Source: Bacteroidales bacterium
GTDB taxonomy: Bacteria > Bacteroidota > Bacteroidia > Bacteroidales > FEN-979
Length of the DNA: 64,000 nucleotides
Reading direction: 5' to 3'
Assembly: GCA_049317265.1 (NCBI GenBank)
Contig: JBMOIP010000017.1
Coordinates: 10,541 to 74,540, forward strand
A model generated the notes under the pieces. That model worked only from the letters and a program-made list of their open reading frames with translations. It was not told where the DNA came from and did not search any database. Shown piece after piece: positions 36,441 to 45,411 of the stretch. The translations under genes and the position numbers were made by a program. How positions within the stretch are numbered: the first letter of the stretch is position 1; each line of letters opens with the position of its first letter.

Positions 36441-37312
36441 GCACCCGAAACCGTCACGTCCTTCCCGATTTTAGAAATCAGGCCTTGTAATACGCTGCCT
36501 GGACCGACCTCCGTAAAATTGTCGGCACCGTCTGCAATCATGTGCTGGACCATCTGTGTCCAGAGGACCGGAGCAGTCAGCTGGTCAATTAAGTTCAGTT
36601 TGATCCGGGATGGATCAGTTACCCGAAGTGCTGTGGCATTCTGGTAAATCGGGCAAATGGGCGAATTAACAGTGGTTGCATCAATGGCTTTGGCAAGCTC
36701 TACACGGGCAGGCTCCATCAGCGGTGAGTGAAATGCTCCCCCGACTTTAAGGGGCAGTGCTCTGCGGGCACCTGCAGCTTTAAGTTGTTCGCAGGCTACT
36801 TCAATACCCTTCATGCTGCCAGAGATGACAAGTTGTCCGGGACTGTTGTAATTGGCCGGTACCACTATTTCATCAATGGATTTACAAATCTCTTCTACTT
36901 TGGTGTCATCCAAACCAAGGATGGCAGCCATGGTGGAGGGTTCCAGGTCGCATGCTTTCTGCATGGCCTGTGCACGGGCAGATACAAGGCGTAACCCGTC
37001 TTCAAAGGACAATGCCTTGCAGGCAACCAGCGCGGAGAACTCACCCAGCGAATGACCGGCTACCATGTCGGGGACAAAATTGTCTCCCATTGTGGCTGCA
37101 AGGATCACAGAGTGCAGAAATATGGCCGGCTGGGTGACCTTCGTCTGCCTCAGATCTTCATCGGTACCGGCAAACATCATATCCGTTATCCGGAATCCGA
37201 GAATTTCATTGGCCTTTTCAAACATCTCCCTGGCCAATGGTGAATTGTCGTACAGGTCTTTGCCCATACCAACAAACTGGGCGCCCTGGCCCGGAAATAC
37301 ATAAGCTTTCAT
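36437..37312 (-). CDS. fabD: Malonyl CoA-acyl carrier protein transacylase
   Basis: 291 aa with FPGQGAQ and the active-site GHSLGE. Confidence 0.9.
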   Translation of the reverse strand: MKAYVFPGQGAQFVGMGKDLYDNSPLAREMFEKANEILGFRITDMMFAGTDEDLRQTKVTQPAIFLHSVILAATMGDNFVPDMVAGHSLGEFSALVACKALSFEDGLRLVSARAQAMQKACDLEPSTMAAILGLDDTKVEEICKSIDEIVVPANYNSPGQLVISGSMKGIEVACEQLKAAGARRALPLKVGGAFHSPLMEPARVELAKAIDATTVNSPICPIYQNATALRVTDPSRIKLNLIDQLTAPVLWTQMVQHMIADGADNFTEVGPGSVLQGLISKIGKDVTVSGA

Positions 37313-37337
37313 AATCGATACATTAAACAGTGAAAAA

Positions 37338-37382
37338 TTTAAACAAAAAAATAGTGAAACAGCAATGTTGCAGCCATTTCAC
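37338..37382 (-). terminator. Candidate rho-independent terminator after the BI-1 family gene
   Basis: The minus strand reads GTGAAAtggctGCAAcaTTGCtgTTTCAC followed by TATTTTTTTG. The stem is imperfect. Confidence 0.5.
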
Positions 37383-37401
37383 CATTTAACATAGTCATTT
37401 G

Positions 37402-38139
37402 TTATTTACGGTCTCCTAAGAACCTCAGCAGGAATAAAAACAGGTTGATGAAATCCAGGTATAATGTCAATGCGCCCAAAATACTGAGCTTCCTGGCATT
37501 TGCTTCCCCGTACTCCCCGGCGCCGGCGCCAATCTTCTTCAGGCGCTGAACATCATAGGCAGTTAGCCCTGTAAAAACCAAAACGCCAATGACACTGATG
37601 ATATAGTCCATCGTACCACTGTGTAAAAACATGTTTACTACCATGGCCACCATGAGTCCGATCAGTCCCATCATCATGATGGAACCGAATTTGGTCAGGT
37701 CGGTTTTGGTTGTAAAGCCGGTTACTGCCATGATCCCGAACATGGCGGCGGTAATGGCAAATGTTTTATACACGGACGCTGCTGTATAAACGAGTAAGAT
37801 GAAACTCAGGCTCATGCCCATCAACACAGAGAACGTAATGAACAACAATGTCAAAACGGCAGGTGACAACCGTTGAAATCCCATCGACATCAACAATACA
37901 AATCCAAATGGAGCAAGCATTACAACCCATCCCAATATTGTCATTCCACCTGTTTCCATATTTCTTAAGCTGCTCATCAATGAATCAGATGAGCTGAACC
38001 AATAGGCAGTGACCGCTGTTACAAACATGGCAAGGGTCATCCATCCAAACACCTGGGTCATAAATGAACGGGCTACTGTAGCGTCCTGTGTGCCTGGCTG
38101 TGCCGTGAAAAATCCTTTGTTATCCGTTTGTTCAAACAT
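37402..38139 (-). CDS. Bax inhibitor-1/YccA family membrane protein
   Basis: 245 aa with seven hydrophobic helices and a charged C-terminal tail (LRFLGDRK), typical of BI-1/YccA. Confidence 0.8.
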   Translation of the reverse strand: MFEQTDNKGFFTAQPGTQDATVARSFMTQVFGWMTLAMFVTAVTAYWFSSSDSLMSSLRNMETGGMTILGWVVMLAPFGFVLLMSMGFQRLSPAVLTLLFITFSVLMGMSLSFILLVYTAASVYKTFAITAAMFGIMAVTGFTTKTDLTKFGSIMMMGLIGLMVAMVVNMFLHSGTMDYIISVIGVLVFTGLTAYDVQRLKKIGAGAGEYGEANARKLSILGALTLYLDFINLFLFLLRFLGDRK

Positions 38140-38168
38140 GTTATTATCCTCCTAATTAAGTTATTGAA

Positions 38169-38783
38169 TTAATGAAGTTTTGTGCTGATCAGGTGCAGAA
38201 ACTCCGCACGGGTTTTATCCCGTTCGAAGGCACCAACAAAATCCGATGTCGTTGTGACAGAATTTTGTTTCTGAACTCCGCGCATCGCCATACACAAATG
38301 TTGTGCCTCAATTACAACTGCCACGCCAAGTGGCTTCAGTGTGTCGTTGATGGCCTCTTTAATCTGCATGGTTAACCGTTCCTGGACCTGCAACCTGCGG
38401 GCGTAAATGTCAACAACCCTTGCAATCTTGCTCAACCCGGTGATATATTTATCCGGAATATAAGCTACATGGGCCTTTCCAATAAATGGCACCATATGGT
38501 GCTCACAAAGTGAATAGATCTCAATATCCTTGACAATGACCATCTCCCGATAATCTTCCCTGAACTTTGCTGAATTCAGAACCTCCCGGGGATCAAGGGC
38601 ATAGCCCTGGGTGAGGAATTGTATGGCTTTGGCAACACGCAGGGGCGTTTTTTCCAACCCTTCCCGGTCGGGATTCTCACCGATGAGGCGAAGGATCTCT
38701 TTATAATGAAAAGCCAGCTCTTCCGTAGCTTTTTGATCAAACTCTTCCGTTTTTTCGTAATTGAGTTTTCTTTTGGCTGCCAT
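38169..38783 (-). CDS. folE: GTP cyclohydrolase I
   Basis: 204 aa with hallmark CEHHMVPF and QVQERLT motifs. Confidence 0.9.
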   Translation of the reverse strand: MAAKRKLNYEKTEEFDQKATEELAFHYKEILRLIGENPDREGLEKTPLRVAKAIQFLTQGYALDPREVLNSAKFREDYREMVIVKDIEIYSLCEHHMVPFIGKAHVAYIPDKYITGLSKIARVVDIYARRLQVQERLTMQIKEAINDTLKPLGVAVVIEAQHLCMAMRGVQKQNSVTTTSDFVGAFERDKTRAEFLHLISTKLH

Positions 38784-38801
38784 AGGTTTCAGTTTATTGT
38801 T

Positions 38802-39215
38802 TTAAACCCCGTAGTATTCCACGATGTTGTTTTCCGATTGTTCAAGGCGCACACAATGAAGTGTTCCTCCTGCTTTTTTTATTTCATCCTCAAGTTCATT
38901 CCAGATGGCAATCGCTACGTTTTCACTTGTAGGAACTTTCCCATACAGAAAATCCACTTCGAGGTTCATGTTTTTATGGTCGATCTTCTGAAGGATCTTC
39001 TCATCAATCAGTTTGCTCACATGACGAAGATGGATGACCAGTCCCGTTTCCGGGTCGGGGACCCCCTTTACCGTTACAAAAAGGATGTAATTATGCCCGT
39101 GCCAGTTAGGATTGGAACATTTCCCAAAAATCTCAAAATTCTGTATATCTGTGTATTCCGGGCAAAAAAGGCGGTGTGCTGCACTGAAATGTTCCCGGCG
39201 GATGATATGAACCAT
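38802..39215 (-). CDS. 6-pyruvoyl-tetrahydropterin synthase-like COG0720 protein (second paralog)
   Basis: The start is at the ATG at 39215 (MVHIIRREHFSAAHRL), supported by a TACCTTTG box 19 nt upstream. The motif CSNPNWHGHNY (C-x5-HGH) resembles animal-type PTPS rather than the C-x3-HGH of QueD. Confidence 0.75.
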   Translation of the reverse strand: MVHIIRREHFSAAHRLFCPEYTDIQNFEIFGKCSNPNWHGHNYILFVTVKGVPDPETGLVIHLRHVSKLIDEKILQKIDHKNMNLEVDFLYGKVPTSENVAIAIWNELEDEIKKAGGTLHCVRLEQSENNIVEYYGV

Positions 39216-39233
39216 TTTAAATGAATTGAAAGG

Positions 39234-39241
39234 CAAAGGTA
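39234..39241 (-). promoter_or_regulatory. -7 promoter box (TACCTTTG on minus strand) for the PTPS-folE-BI-1 unit
   Basis: CAAAGGTA on the plus strand is an exact TAnnTTTG match on the minus strand. Confidence 0.5.
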
Positions 39242-39248
39242 TCGCTTT

Positions 39249-39653
39249 TTATCCGACTTTGTCACCCTGACCAGCAGGCTGTGTGAACCGGATGATGGCT
39301 GCTGCCTCAAAAATTGTGTAGCAGAGGTAAAGGATAAAGAAACCCAGCATGAACGGCACAGCATCTGCCCTGTTCGTAAATGCATAGGTGATCATGACAC
39401 CTGCATAAATAAATAGTTTAACGATGATGGTTAAAAGAAAGGTGTTGACAAATTTGATGAACCTTTTTTTTGCCGATTGCAAAAGGTAATAGTAGGATAG
39501 GAGGGTGGTCGCAATGAAAAAGAGAACCAGGAACGGCATTGCCGGCGTGAGCCATCGACCAGGAACAGCAAGGTGCATAATCACCGTTATCAATCCCAGG
39601 AGAGCGGAAAAGATCAGGAGGTTCCTGAGAAATTTGATATAGGTTGATTTCAT
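39249..39653 (-). CDS. Small four-helix membrane protein (possibly ATP synthase protein I-like)
   Basis: 134 aa with four hydrophobic helices. The only basis for an AtpI-like call is its position directly after an AtpZ-like gene. Confidence 0.35.
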   Translation of the reverse strand: MKSTYIKFLRNLLIFSALLGLITVIMHLAVPGRWLTPAMPFLVLFFIATTLLSYYYLLQSAKKRFIKFVNTFLLTIIVKLFIYAGVMITYAFTNRADAVPFMLGFFILYLCYTIFEAAAIIRFTQPAGQGDKVG

Positions 39654-39680
39654 ATGCAGATCTTCGGTTAATGAATCGGA

Positions 39681-39890
39681 TTATTTACGCAACAGATCCC
39701 TGGTGACTAAATAGATTGAAAGGGCAACAGAAACAATTGAAAGGATCACCGTAAAAACGGGCTTTGTATGAAGCCATTGGTCTGTTTTATAACCTGCAAA
39801 TACACCGGCCAGGATGACTGCCAGCATTTGAAAGGCCATGCCTGAATAGCGGGCATAGTCATTAAGATTTTTCCGGGGTTCGGATTTCAT
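39681..39890 (-). CDS. AtpZ/AtpR-like small membrane protein (putative F0F1-ATPase-associated subunit family)
   Basis: The start is at the ATG at 39890 (MKSEPRKNLNDYARYSGMAFQMLAVILAGVFAGYKTDQWL...). The two TM helices and the Y.RYSG..FQM...G...G...D.WL pattern match my recollection of this family. It overlaps the bactofilin 3' end by 29 nt. Confidence 0.55.
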   Translation of the reverse strand: MKSEPRKNLNDYARYSGMAFQMLAVILAGVFAGYKTDQWLHTKPVFTVILSIVSVALSIYLVTRDLLRK

Positions 39891-40266
39891 TAGCGATGGG
39901 AGGGACCTTGATATCTTTTGAACCGGGTTGTTCCATAATACACGTACCAGAGAATTTTGCACCTGGTTCAATGGCCAGTTTCCCAGTAGTGATATCACCG
40001 CTGAAACGTGCAGTCTCCTTTAGGGTCAGCAGTTCTGTAACTTTGACAGTAGCGGTCACTTCTCCGGAGAAATCTGCATTCTGACATTGGATCTCGCCAT
40101 TGATCTTGCCGGTTGAACCGACAACAATTTTCCCTTTGCACTGGATGGTCCCTTCCAGTGTGCCGTCTATCCGAAAATCACCATTCACTTGAATTTCGCC
40201 CTTTACCACAGCGCCAGGGCCCAGTATGTTGATGGTGGGCATTTCAGGTTCTCTGTTTTTAGACAT
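39862..40266 (-). CDS. Bactofilin (polymer-forming cytoskeletal protein)
   Basis: The ATG at 40266 is used (the track ORF starts at a GTG at 40284). A repetitive beta-helix sequence is present: GAVVKGEIQVNGDFRIDGTLEGTIQCKGKIVVGSTGKINGEIQCQNADFSGEV. Confidence 0.8.
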   Translation of the reverse strand: MSKNREPEMPTINILGPGAVVKGEIQVNGDFRIDGTLEGTIQCKGKIVVGSTGKINGEIQCQNADFSGEVTATVKVTELLTLKETARFSGDITTGKLAIEPGAKFSGTCIMEQPGSKDIKVPPIANEIRTPEKS

Positions 40267-40290
40267 AAATACTGATTTAAACACAGGTGT

Positions 40291-42969
40291 TTAATTAGGA
40301 ATCGGGTAGTTCTTTTCAAAGAAGCGAAGATACTGCGGAATATCCTTATTTTTATAAAGTACCGGATAATTCTCAGCAGAAATGACAAAATTGAAATACT
40401 CCCCTCCGTTTTCAAGTTTCGTAAAGATATACTTGCTGTTGAGAATGCCGATGAAATAGTTCATGGCCGTTTCACTGTTGTCAAAATTGTTTACCGTAAT
40501 CATCTGCCGGCCGGTTTCGAGCAGCAAACTGTTAACCATCAGGTGCTCCAGGTCGTGGAATTTAGAGTTGTAATCCGAAATTTTAATTTTCAGCGCATCA
40601 ACATCAACCAGGTCATCATTTACGACCAGCACGTAGAAATGGAGTGCATTAGGGTCGAAGGTGTAAAGTTTCTTGGAGTTGTCGGCAATGGTAACTGAAT
40701 CTGTGGCAACTGGCTGACCTTTTGAATCTTTTTGGGTTCCAAGGAATGCCAGGACATTTTCGGCCATGGGTTTAACCTTGCTGTAGGGATAGTCTTTGAT
40801 AACTTTATTCATGGCGCTCACGAGTGAATCGACCACTTCGATTTTTCCCAGTGCCAGCGCGCGCAGGTAATCGAATTTTGGCATCAGCAAAGAGTCGTTT
40901 TTGTACTTTACCCGCGCTATGTCGGCGCTGTTGATGACCATGTAATACTGCTGATTTGTGAAGGCCTTATAGGTGTCGTTGTAAAGTTTGGAGGCATCTG
41001 ACTGCCTGGCATTGATCTCTTTGTAATAATTCGGATTTACAAGCAGTTTGGCATAATCGCTTGTAGGATAGAGGGTGAGGATCTGGTTCTTGTACTGATC
41101 ACTTTTCGGCTGGTTTTGAAGATGGGCATAAAGCTGACAAAGCTCGTAGGATGTCTGCATCTTGTATTTGTTTCCCGGAAAGCGGTCAAGAAGCGTTTCA
41201 AATGTTTGGGTCGCATTGCCGTAATCCCCAAGGCCTTCAACATAGATAAATCCAGCCTGGTAGTAGGCCTCGATGATCATGTCATTTGAAGCCTGTACCT
41301 TTTCCTTGGTAAAAGGAATGTCTGGTGTATAATAAGCCCTCTCTTTCGGATTCTTTGATTTTGCCAATCCTTTCTTTCCCCCTTTGGTCGTATCACTGGC
41401 AGCTCCAGCCAGCGTGTCAGTTTTCTGGGGATCGGCAGAAAAACTTGAAACGGTCTTGTCGGTCAGAAACCAGTTGTCTTCGAGTTTACGTTTTCCCCAT
41501 TTACGCATAAAGGTCGAAAACCCGTTGGACAGAATGGTGGGGTTGTAGAAATACCATCGTCCCTCCTTGGACCCTCCCGGCTGTTGATCCTGGTTCATCC
41601 CTGTCGGTCCGTACAAATTCTGTTGCTCGCGCAGCAACTGCTCCTCCATTTGCTTTTTAATCTCGTCGGCCACAAGTTTGGCAATGATCTGGTCAATGAT
41701 CCTGTTCCGTTGATCCTCCGGCATACTTGCCAGTTTTTGAAGGCTGTCCTGTCGCTGGATAACCTGCAGGTTTTTCACAAGGTCGGTAAGGGTTTGGGTA
41801 CGCTTTAATAGTTCCTTATATCCAAGGTAGTCTTTTGGAAGGAACTGCATGGTACTGTCATAATAGGCCTGGGCAACTGTGTAATCTTTTATCCCAAAGA
41901 AGAGATCCGCAAGTTCAAGCGAGGAGATGGCCTTCTGGTAATTGTTTGTCCTGCTTGTTGTGACCGATTTCTTATAATATTCAACGGCAGTGGCTGTATC
42001 TGAATCCTTCATGGAAATATGGGCAAGCGCGTAATAAATCTGATCCTGGAAGTCCTTGTTTTTGTCGTCCTTCAGCATTTTTGTAAGCTTCTTCACAATG
42101 AATTCACGGTTTCCGCTTTTGGCATCATAGCATTGTGCAAGGTTAATCTTGGCATTGAACTCCATTTCATAAGATTTTGCATGCTTGATCACATAGGCGT
42201 ATTTTTCTGATGCTTCATTCAATTCGCCGTTATACTGGTGAATCTGCCCCAGGATAAACTGGCAGCGGGTCTTCATAACGCCAGAGGGATTCAGCTCCAG
42301 GGCACGGTTCAAATAAGGTACGGCGCCATCATAGTTTTTCTGCATGATGAAAAACTGTCCGTAAGTCAAATTAAGGTCGGTCTCATATTTTTGAGGTGCA
42401 TCCCCCTTGTTGATCTTGCTTTGCAGCATGTCGAGCATGGGTTCCGCCCGGTTGAAATCACCTATCTGAATGTTTGACTTTGCCTGCCAGAGCATGGCTT
42501 CGAACTTAATATCGTTGTAGTTGTAGGTCTTGATGACAAACTCAAATGTGCGCCGGGCCATTTGATAGTCCTGCTTATAGAAATAGGACTTGCCAATCAG
42601 CAGGTAACTGTCGTCAATCCATCGCACATATTCGCGGCGGTTGAAGGTCATCGAATGTTTGTTGATCGCCTTGGATGCTTTCTTGATGGCGATGTCGGCA
42701 AATTGGGAAACTTTTGTTGCACCGGCCTTGTCTCCGTAATAAAAAACAGGAAGGATCAGTGCGTAGTTGTCCTTCAATTCTGCCTGCTGTTCCTTGAGCC
42801 CCTGGCGGAGGTTGTCCATTCCGTTCCAGTATACATTATAATGGGCCGTGAGATTGTGGTAGGTCCTGCGGACAAATGTGTTTTTCTTGGTTGAACAGGC
42901 ACTAAATAAAAATGAGCCGCATAAAATCAGAATCAATGCGGAGAGTATGTTTTTCTTCGTTGATCTCAA
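40291..42969 (-). CDS. sprE: TPR-repeat lipoprotein, T9SS component SprE/PorW-like
   Basis: 892 aa with lipoprotein signal ILILCGSFLFSACS. The N-terminal FVRRTYHNLTAHYNVYWNG motif, multiple TPR repeats and the size fit SprE/PorW. The only in-frame start is a TTG at 42969, and a TATTTTTG box lies 40 nt upstream. Confidence 0.6.
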   Translation of the reverse strand: MRSTKKNILSALILILCGSFLFSACSTKKNTFVRRTYHNLTAHYNVYWNGMDNLRQGLKEQQAELKDNYALILPVFYYGDKAGATKVSQFADIAIKKASKAINKHSMTFNRREYVRWIDDSYLLIGKSYFYKQDYQMARRTFEFVIKTYNYNDIKFEAMLWQAKSNIQIGDFNRAEPMLDMLQSKINKGDAPQKYETDLNLTYGQFFIMQKNYDGAVPYLNRALELNPSGVMKTRCQFILGQIHQYNGELNEASEKYAYVIKHAKSYEMEFNAKINLAQCYDAKSGNREFIVKKLTKMLKDDKNKDFQDQIYYALAHISMKDSDTATAVEYYKKSVTTSRTNNYQKAISSLELADLFFGIKDYTVAQAYYDSTMQFLPKDYLGYKELLKRTQTLTDLVKNLQVIQRQDSLQKLASMPEDQRNRIIDQIIAKLVADEIKKQMEEQLLREQQNLYGPTGMNQDQQPGGSKEGRWYFYNPTILSNGFSTFMRKWGKRKLEDNWFLTDKTVSSFSADPQKTDTLAGAASDTTKGGKKGLAKSKNPKERAYYTPDIPFTKEKVQASNDMIIEAYYQAGFIYVEGLGDYGNATQTFETLLDRFPGNKYKMQTSYELCQLYAHLQNQPKSDQYKNQILTLYPTSDYAKLLVNPNYYKEINARQSDASKLYNDTYKAFTNQQYYMVINSADIARVKYKNDSLLMPKFDYLRALALGKIEVVDSLVSAMNKVIKDYPYSKVKPMAENVLAFLGTQKDSKGQPVATDSVTIADNSKKLYTFDPNALHFYVLVVNDDLVDVDALKIKISDYNSKFHDLEHLMVNSLLLETGRQMITVNNFDNSETAMNYFIGILNSKYIFTKLENGGEYFNFVISAENYPVLYKNKDIPQYLRFFEKNYPIPN

Positions 42970-43008
42970 AACAAAAGATGCATTTAAATAGTAATAACTT
43001 TAATTCTA

Positions 43009-43016
43009 CAAAAATA
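43009..43016 (-). promoter_or_regulatory. -7 promoter box (TATTTTTG on minus strand) for sprE
   Basis: CAAAAATA on the plus strand is an exact TAnnTTTG match on the minus strand. Confidence 0.45.
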
Positions 43017-43312
43017 TTTTAAATTTTTGAATTATCCTGAATCTTTGTGGTTTTGTAAAACAAAACTACAAGGCTTATGCCGTGCTGTACATTCGTGGCA
43101 TTGATTGTAAATCCAAGGCACATCTCCCCGGTGGTTGGGATAACGATTATTAACGGAGCAAAATTACCCCTTCATTCAGCTACTGCGGGGCGGGCAAAGT
43201 TATGATTTATGGGACCGAATCCGCTGTTCAGCCGAACCGGTAACTGTTGCCGGGTTGTGTGGTCGCATAATTTTCCGATATTTGCAGCGTTTTCAGGAAC
43301 AGATTGTGATAC

Positions 43313-44206
43313 ATGGCTTTGGAGAAAACAGACAGGAAAAAGAGAAAATGGACTGAAAGATGGCGTATTAAATACCGCCTTGTTTTCATGACAGATGATA
43401 CCCTGGAGGAACGGTTTACCTTCAGGCTTTCAAGGATGAACGTATTTATTGCCCTTGGAACACTGGTCATCATCCTGATCTTTCTGACCAGTTTCCTGAT
43501 TGCATTTACCCCACTGAGAGAGTACATCCCTGGTTATACCAATGTCGGATTAACCAAAAGGCTCTACAAACTTCAGATGAAAACAGATTCAATTGAACGT
43601 GCACTTGTTGCAAAAGAGCAGTTTGTGGGGAATCTCCGCGACATCATCAATGGAAAAGATTTGACCGAAGATAAGCCCCTTACGGGAAGCGATACCGTTA
43701 AACGGTATGGTAATGTTAAAATAAAACGATCTGCTGAGGATTCCCTGTTGCGAATGGAGATTGAAAACCAGAACAAATATAATTTATATAAGATTGAATC
43801 GGGTGAGAGTGCCGGCCAGCGTAAAGCTTCCATAGGCGGCGTTCTCTTCTTTACCCCTTTAAAAGGCATCATCACCAATCATTACGACCCTGCGCAGAAA
43901 CATTATGGGGTGGATATTGTTGCCAAACAGAATGAAGCGGTTAAAGCTGTGCTCGACGGAACGGTGATATTAAGCAACTGGACTCTGGAAACAGGTTATG
44001 TGATTGCAGTTCAGCATTCAAGGAACATCGTTTCGCTATATAAACACAACTCGGCCATCCTCAAAAAGGTAGGCGATTATGTGAGGGCTGGCGAACCCAT
44101 TGCCATTGTTGGTGAAACCGGCGAACTCATTACCGGGCCTCACTTGCATTTTGAGCTTTGGAATGATGGCAATCCTGTTGACCCCAAAGAGTATATCACC
44201 TTCTAA
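43313..44206 (+). CDS. M23 family metallopeptidase
   Basis: 297 aa with an N-terminal TM anchor. The LytM-type motifs HYGVDI and GPHLHFELW are present. Confidence 0.8.
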   Translation: MALEKTDRKKRKWTERWRIKYRLVFMTDDTLEERFTFRLSRMNVFIALGTLVIILIFLTSFLIAFTPLREYIPGYTNVGLTKRLYKLQMKTDSIERALVAKEQFVGNLRDIINGKDLTEDKPLTGSDTVKRYGNVKIKRSAEDSLLRMEIENQNKYNLYKIESGESAGQRKASIGGVLFFTPLKGIITNHYDPAQKHYGVDIVAKQNEAVKAVLDGTVILSNWTLETGYVIAVQHSRNIVSLYKHNSAILKKVGDYVRAGEPIAIVGETGELITGPHLHFELWNDGNPVDPKEYITF

Positions 44207-45390
44207 TGCAACCACCTGTCCAGTTGAAAAAAAACCTCGCAATATTAGGATCCACAGGGAGCATTGGAACCCAGGCGCTGGAAGTGGTCCGTGATCATCC
44301 GGATCTGTTTGGCGTAGAGGTTCTGACAGCCCAGGGGAATTGTGACCTCCTCATCGCCCAGGCAAAGGAGTTTATCCCCAATGCAGTGGTGATCGGAAAA
44401 GAAAATTGCTATACAAAGGTATCAGAGGCTCTGAAAGATCTGCCTGTCAAAGTCTTTGCAGGACAGGAGTCCATCGCGCAAATTGTTGAAATGGAGGGCA
44501 TTGGCCTGGTAATTACAGCATTGGTTGGCTATGCCGGGTTGAAGCCCACACTCAATGCGATCAAGGCAGGAAAGCACATCGCCCTCGCAAATAAGGAGAC
44601 CCTGGTTGTAGCCGGCGATCTTGTCATGGAGGAGGCCCGTCGCAACAAGGTAATGATCCTGCCGGTCGATTCAGAACACTCGGCCATCTTTCAATGCCTG
44701 GCCGGAGAGTTGCCTGCATCAGTTGAGAAAATTTATCTCACGGCTTCCGGCGGTCCCTTCTTCGGGAAAACCAGGGAGGAACTTTCCATAATAACCAGGG
44801 AGGCCGCCTTGAAGCATCCTAACTGGAAAATGGGAGACAAGATCACCATCGATTCAGCCTCCATGATGAACAAGGGATTGGAGGTCATTGAAGCACGCTG
44901 GCTTTTTAACCTTCAGCCGGAACAGATTGATGTGATCATTCACCCGCAGTCTGTGATCCATTCCATGGTTCAGTTCATAGATGGCTCCATGAAAGCACAG
45001 ATGGGGCTGCCAGACATGAAACTGCCTATTCTTTATGCACTTACCTTTCCGCAAAGGGTAGCGTCAGCCCTTCCCCGGTTCAATTTTACCGATTACCCGG
45101 TGTTGACGTTTACACCACCCGACACTGCCGTTTTCAGGAACCTGGCGCTGGCTTATGATGCCCTCCGGCAGGGAGGAAACATGCCATGTATCCTGAATGC
45201 AGCCAATGAGGCTGCGGTTGCTGCATTTCTGAGTGAGCGCATCGGGTTTGCCTGTATCCCTGAGATTGTTGAACACTGTATGAGAACAGGGTTCTTTATC
45301 GATCACCCCGGGTATGATGATTATGTTGGAACCCATCGGGAAACCATGGCAAGGGCTAACGAATATATCTTAAATTTGAAAAAGTACTAA
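44206..45390 (+). CDS. dxr: 1-deoxy-D-xylulose 5-phosphate reductoisomerase
   Basis: 394 aa with the NADPH motif LGSTGSIGTQAL, plus LANKE and DSEHSAIFQC. The start overlaps the M23 stop (TAATG). Confidence 0.9.
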   Translation: MQPPVQLKKNLAILGSTGSIGTQALEVVRDHPDLFGVEVLTAQGNCDLLIAQAKEFIPNAVVIGKENCYTKVSEALKDLPVKVFAGQESIAQIVEMEGIGLVITALVGYAGLKPTLNAIKAGKHIALANKETLVVAGDLVMEEARRNKVMILPVDSEHSAIFQCLAGELPASVEKIYLTASGGPFFGKTREELSIITREAALKHPNWKMGDKITIDSASMMNKGLEVIEARWLFNLQPEQIDVIIHPQSVIHSMVQFIDGSMKAQMGLPDMKLPILYALTFPQRVASALPRFNFTDYPVLTFTPPDTAVFRNLALAYDALRQGGNMPCILNAANEAAVAAFLSERIGFACIPEIVEHCMRTGFFIDHPGYDDYVGTHRETMARANEYILNLKKY

Positions 45391-45411
45391 TTTGTAATTT
45401 TTGAACACCAC

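Noticed and set aside
38619-39224. 201-aa plus-strand ORF
   Set aside because: It is antisense to folE and the PTPS-like gene, both of which have hallmark motifs.
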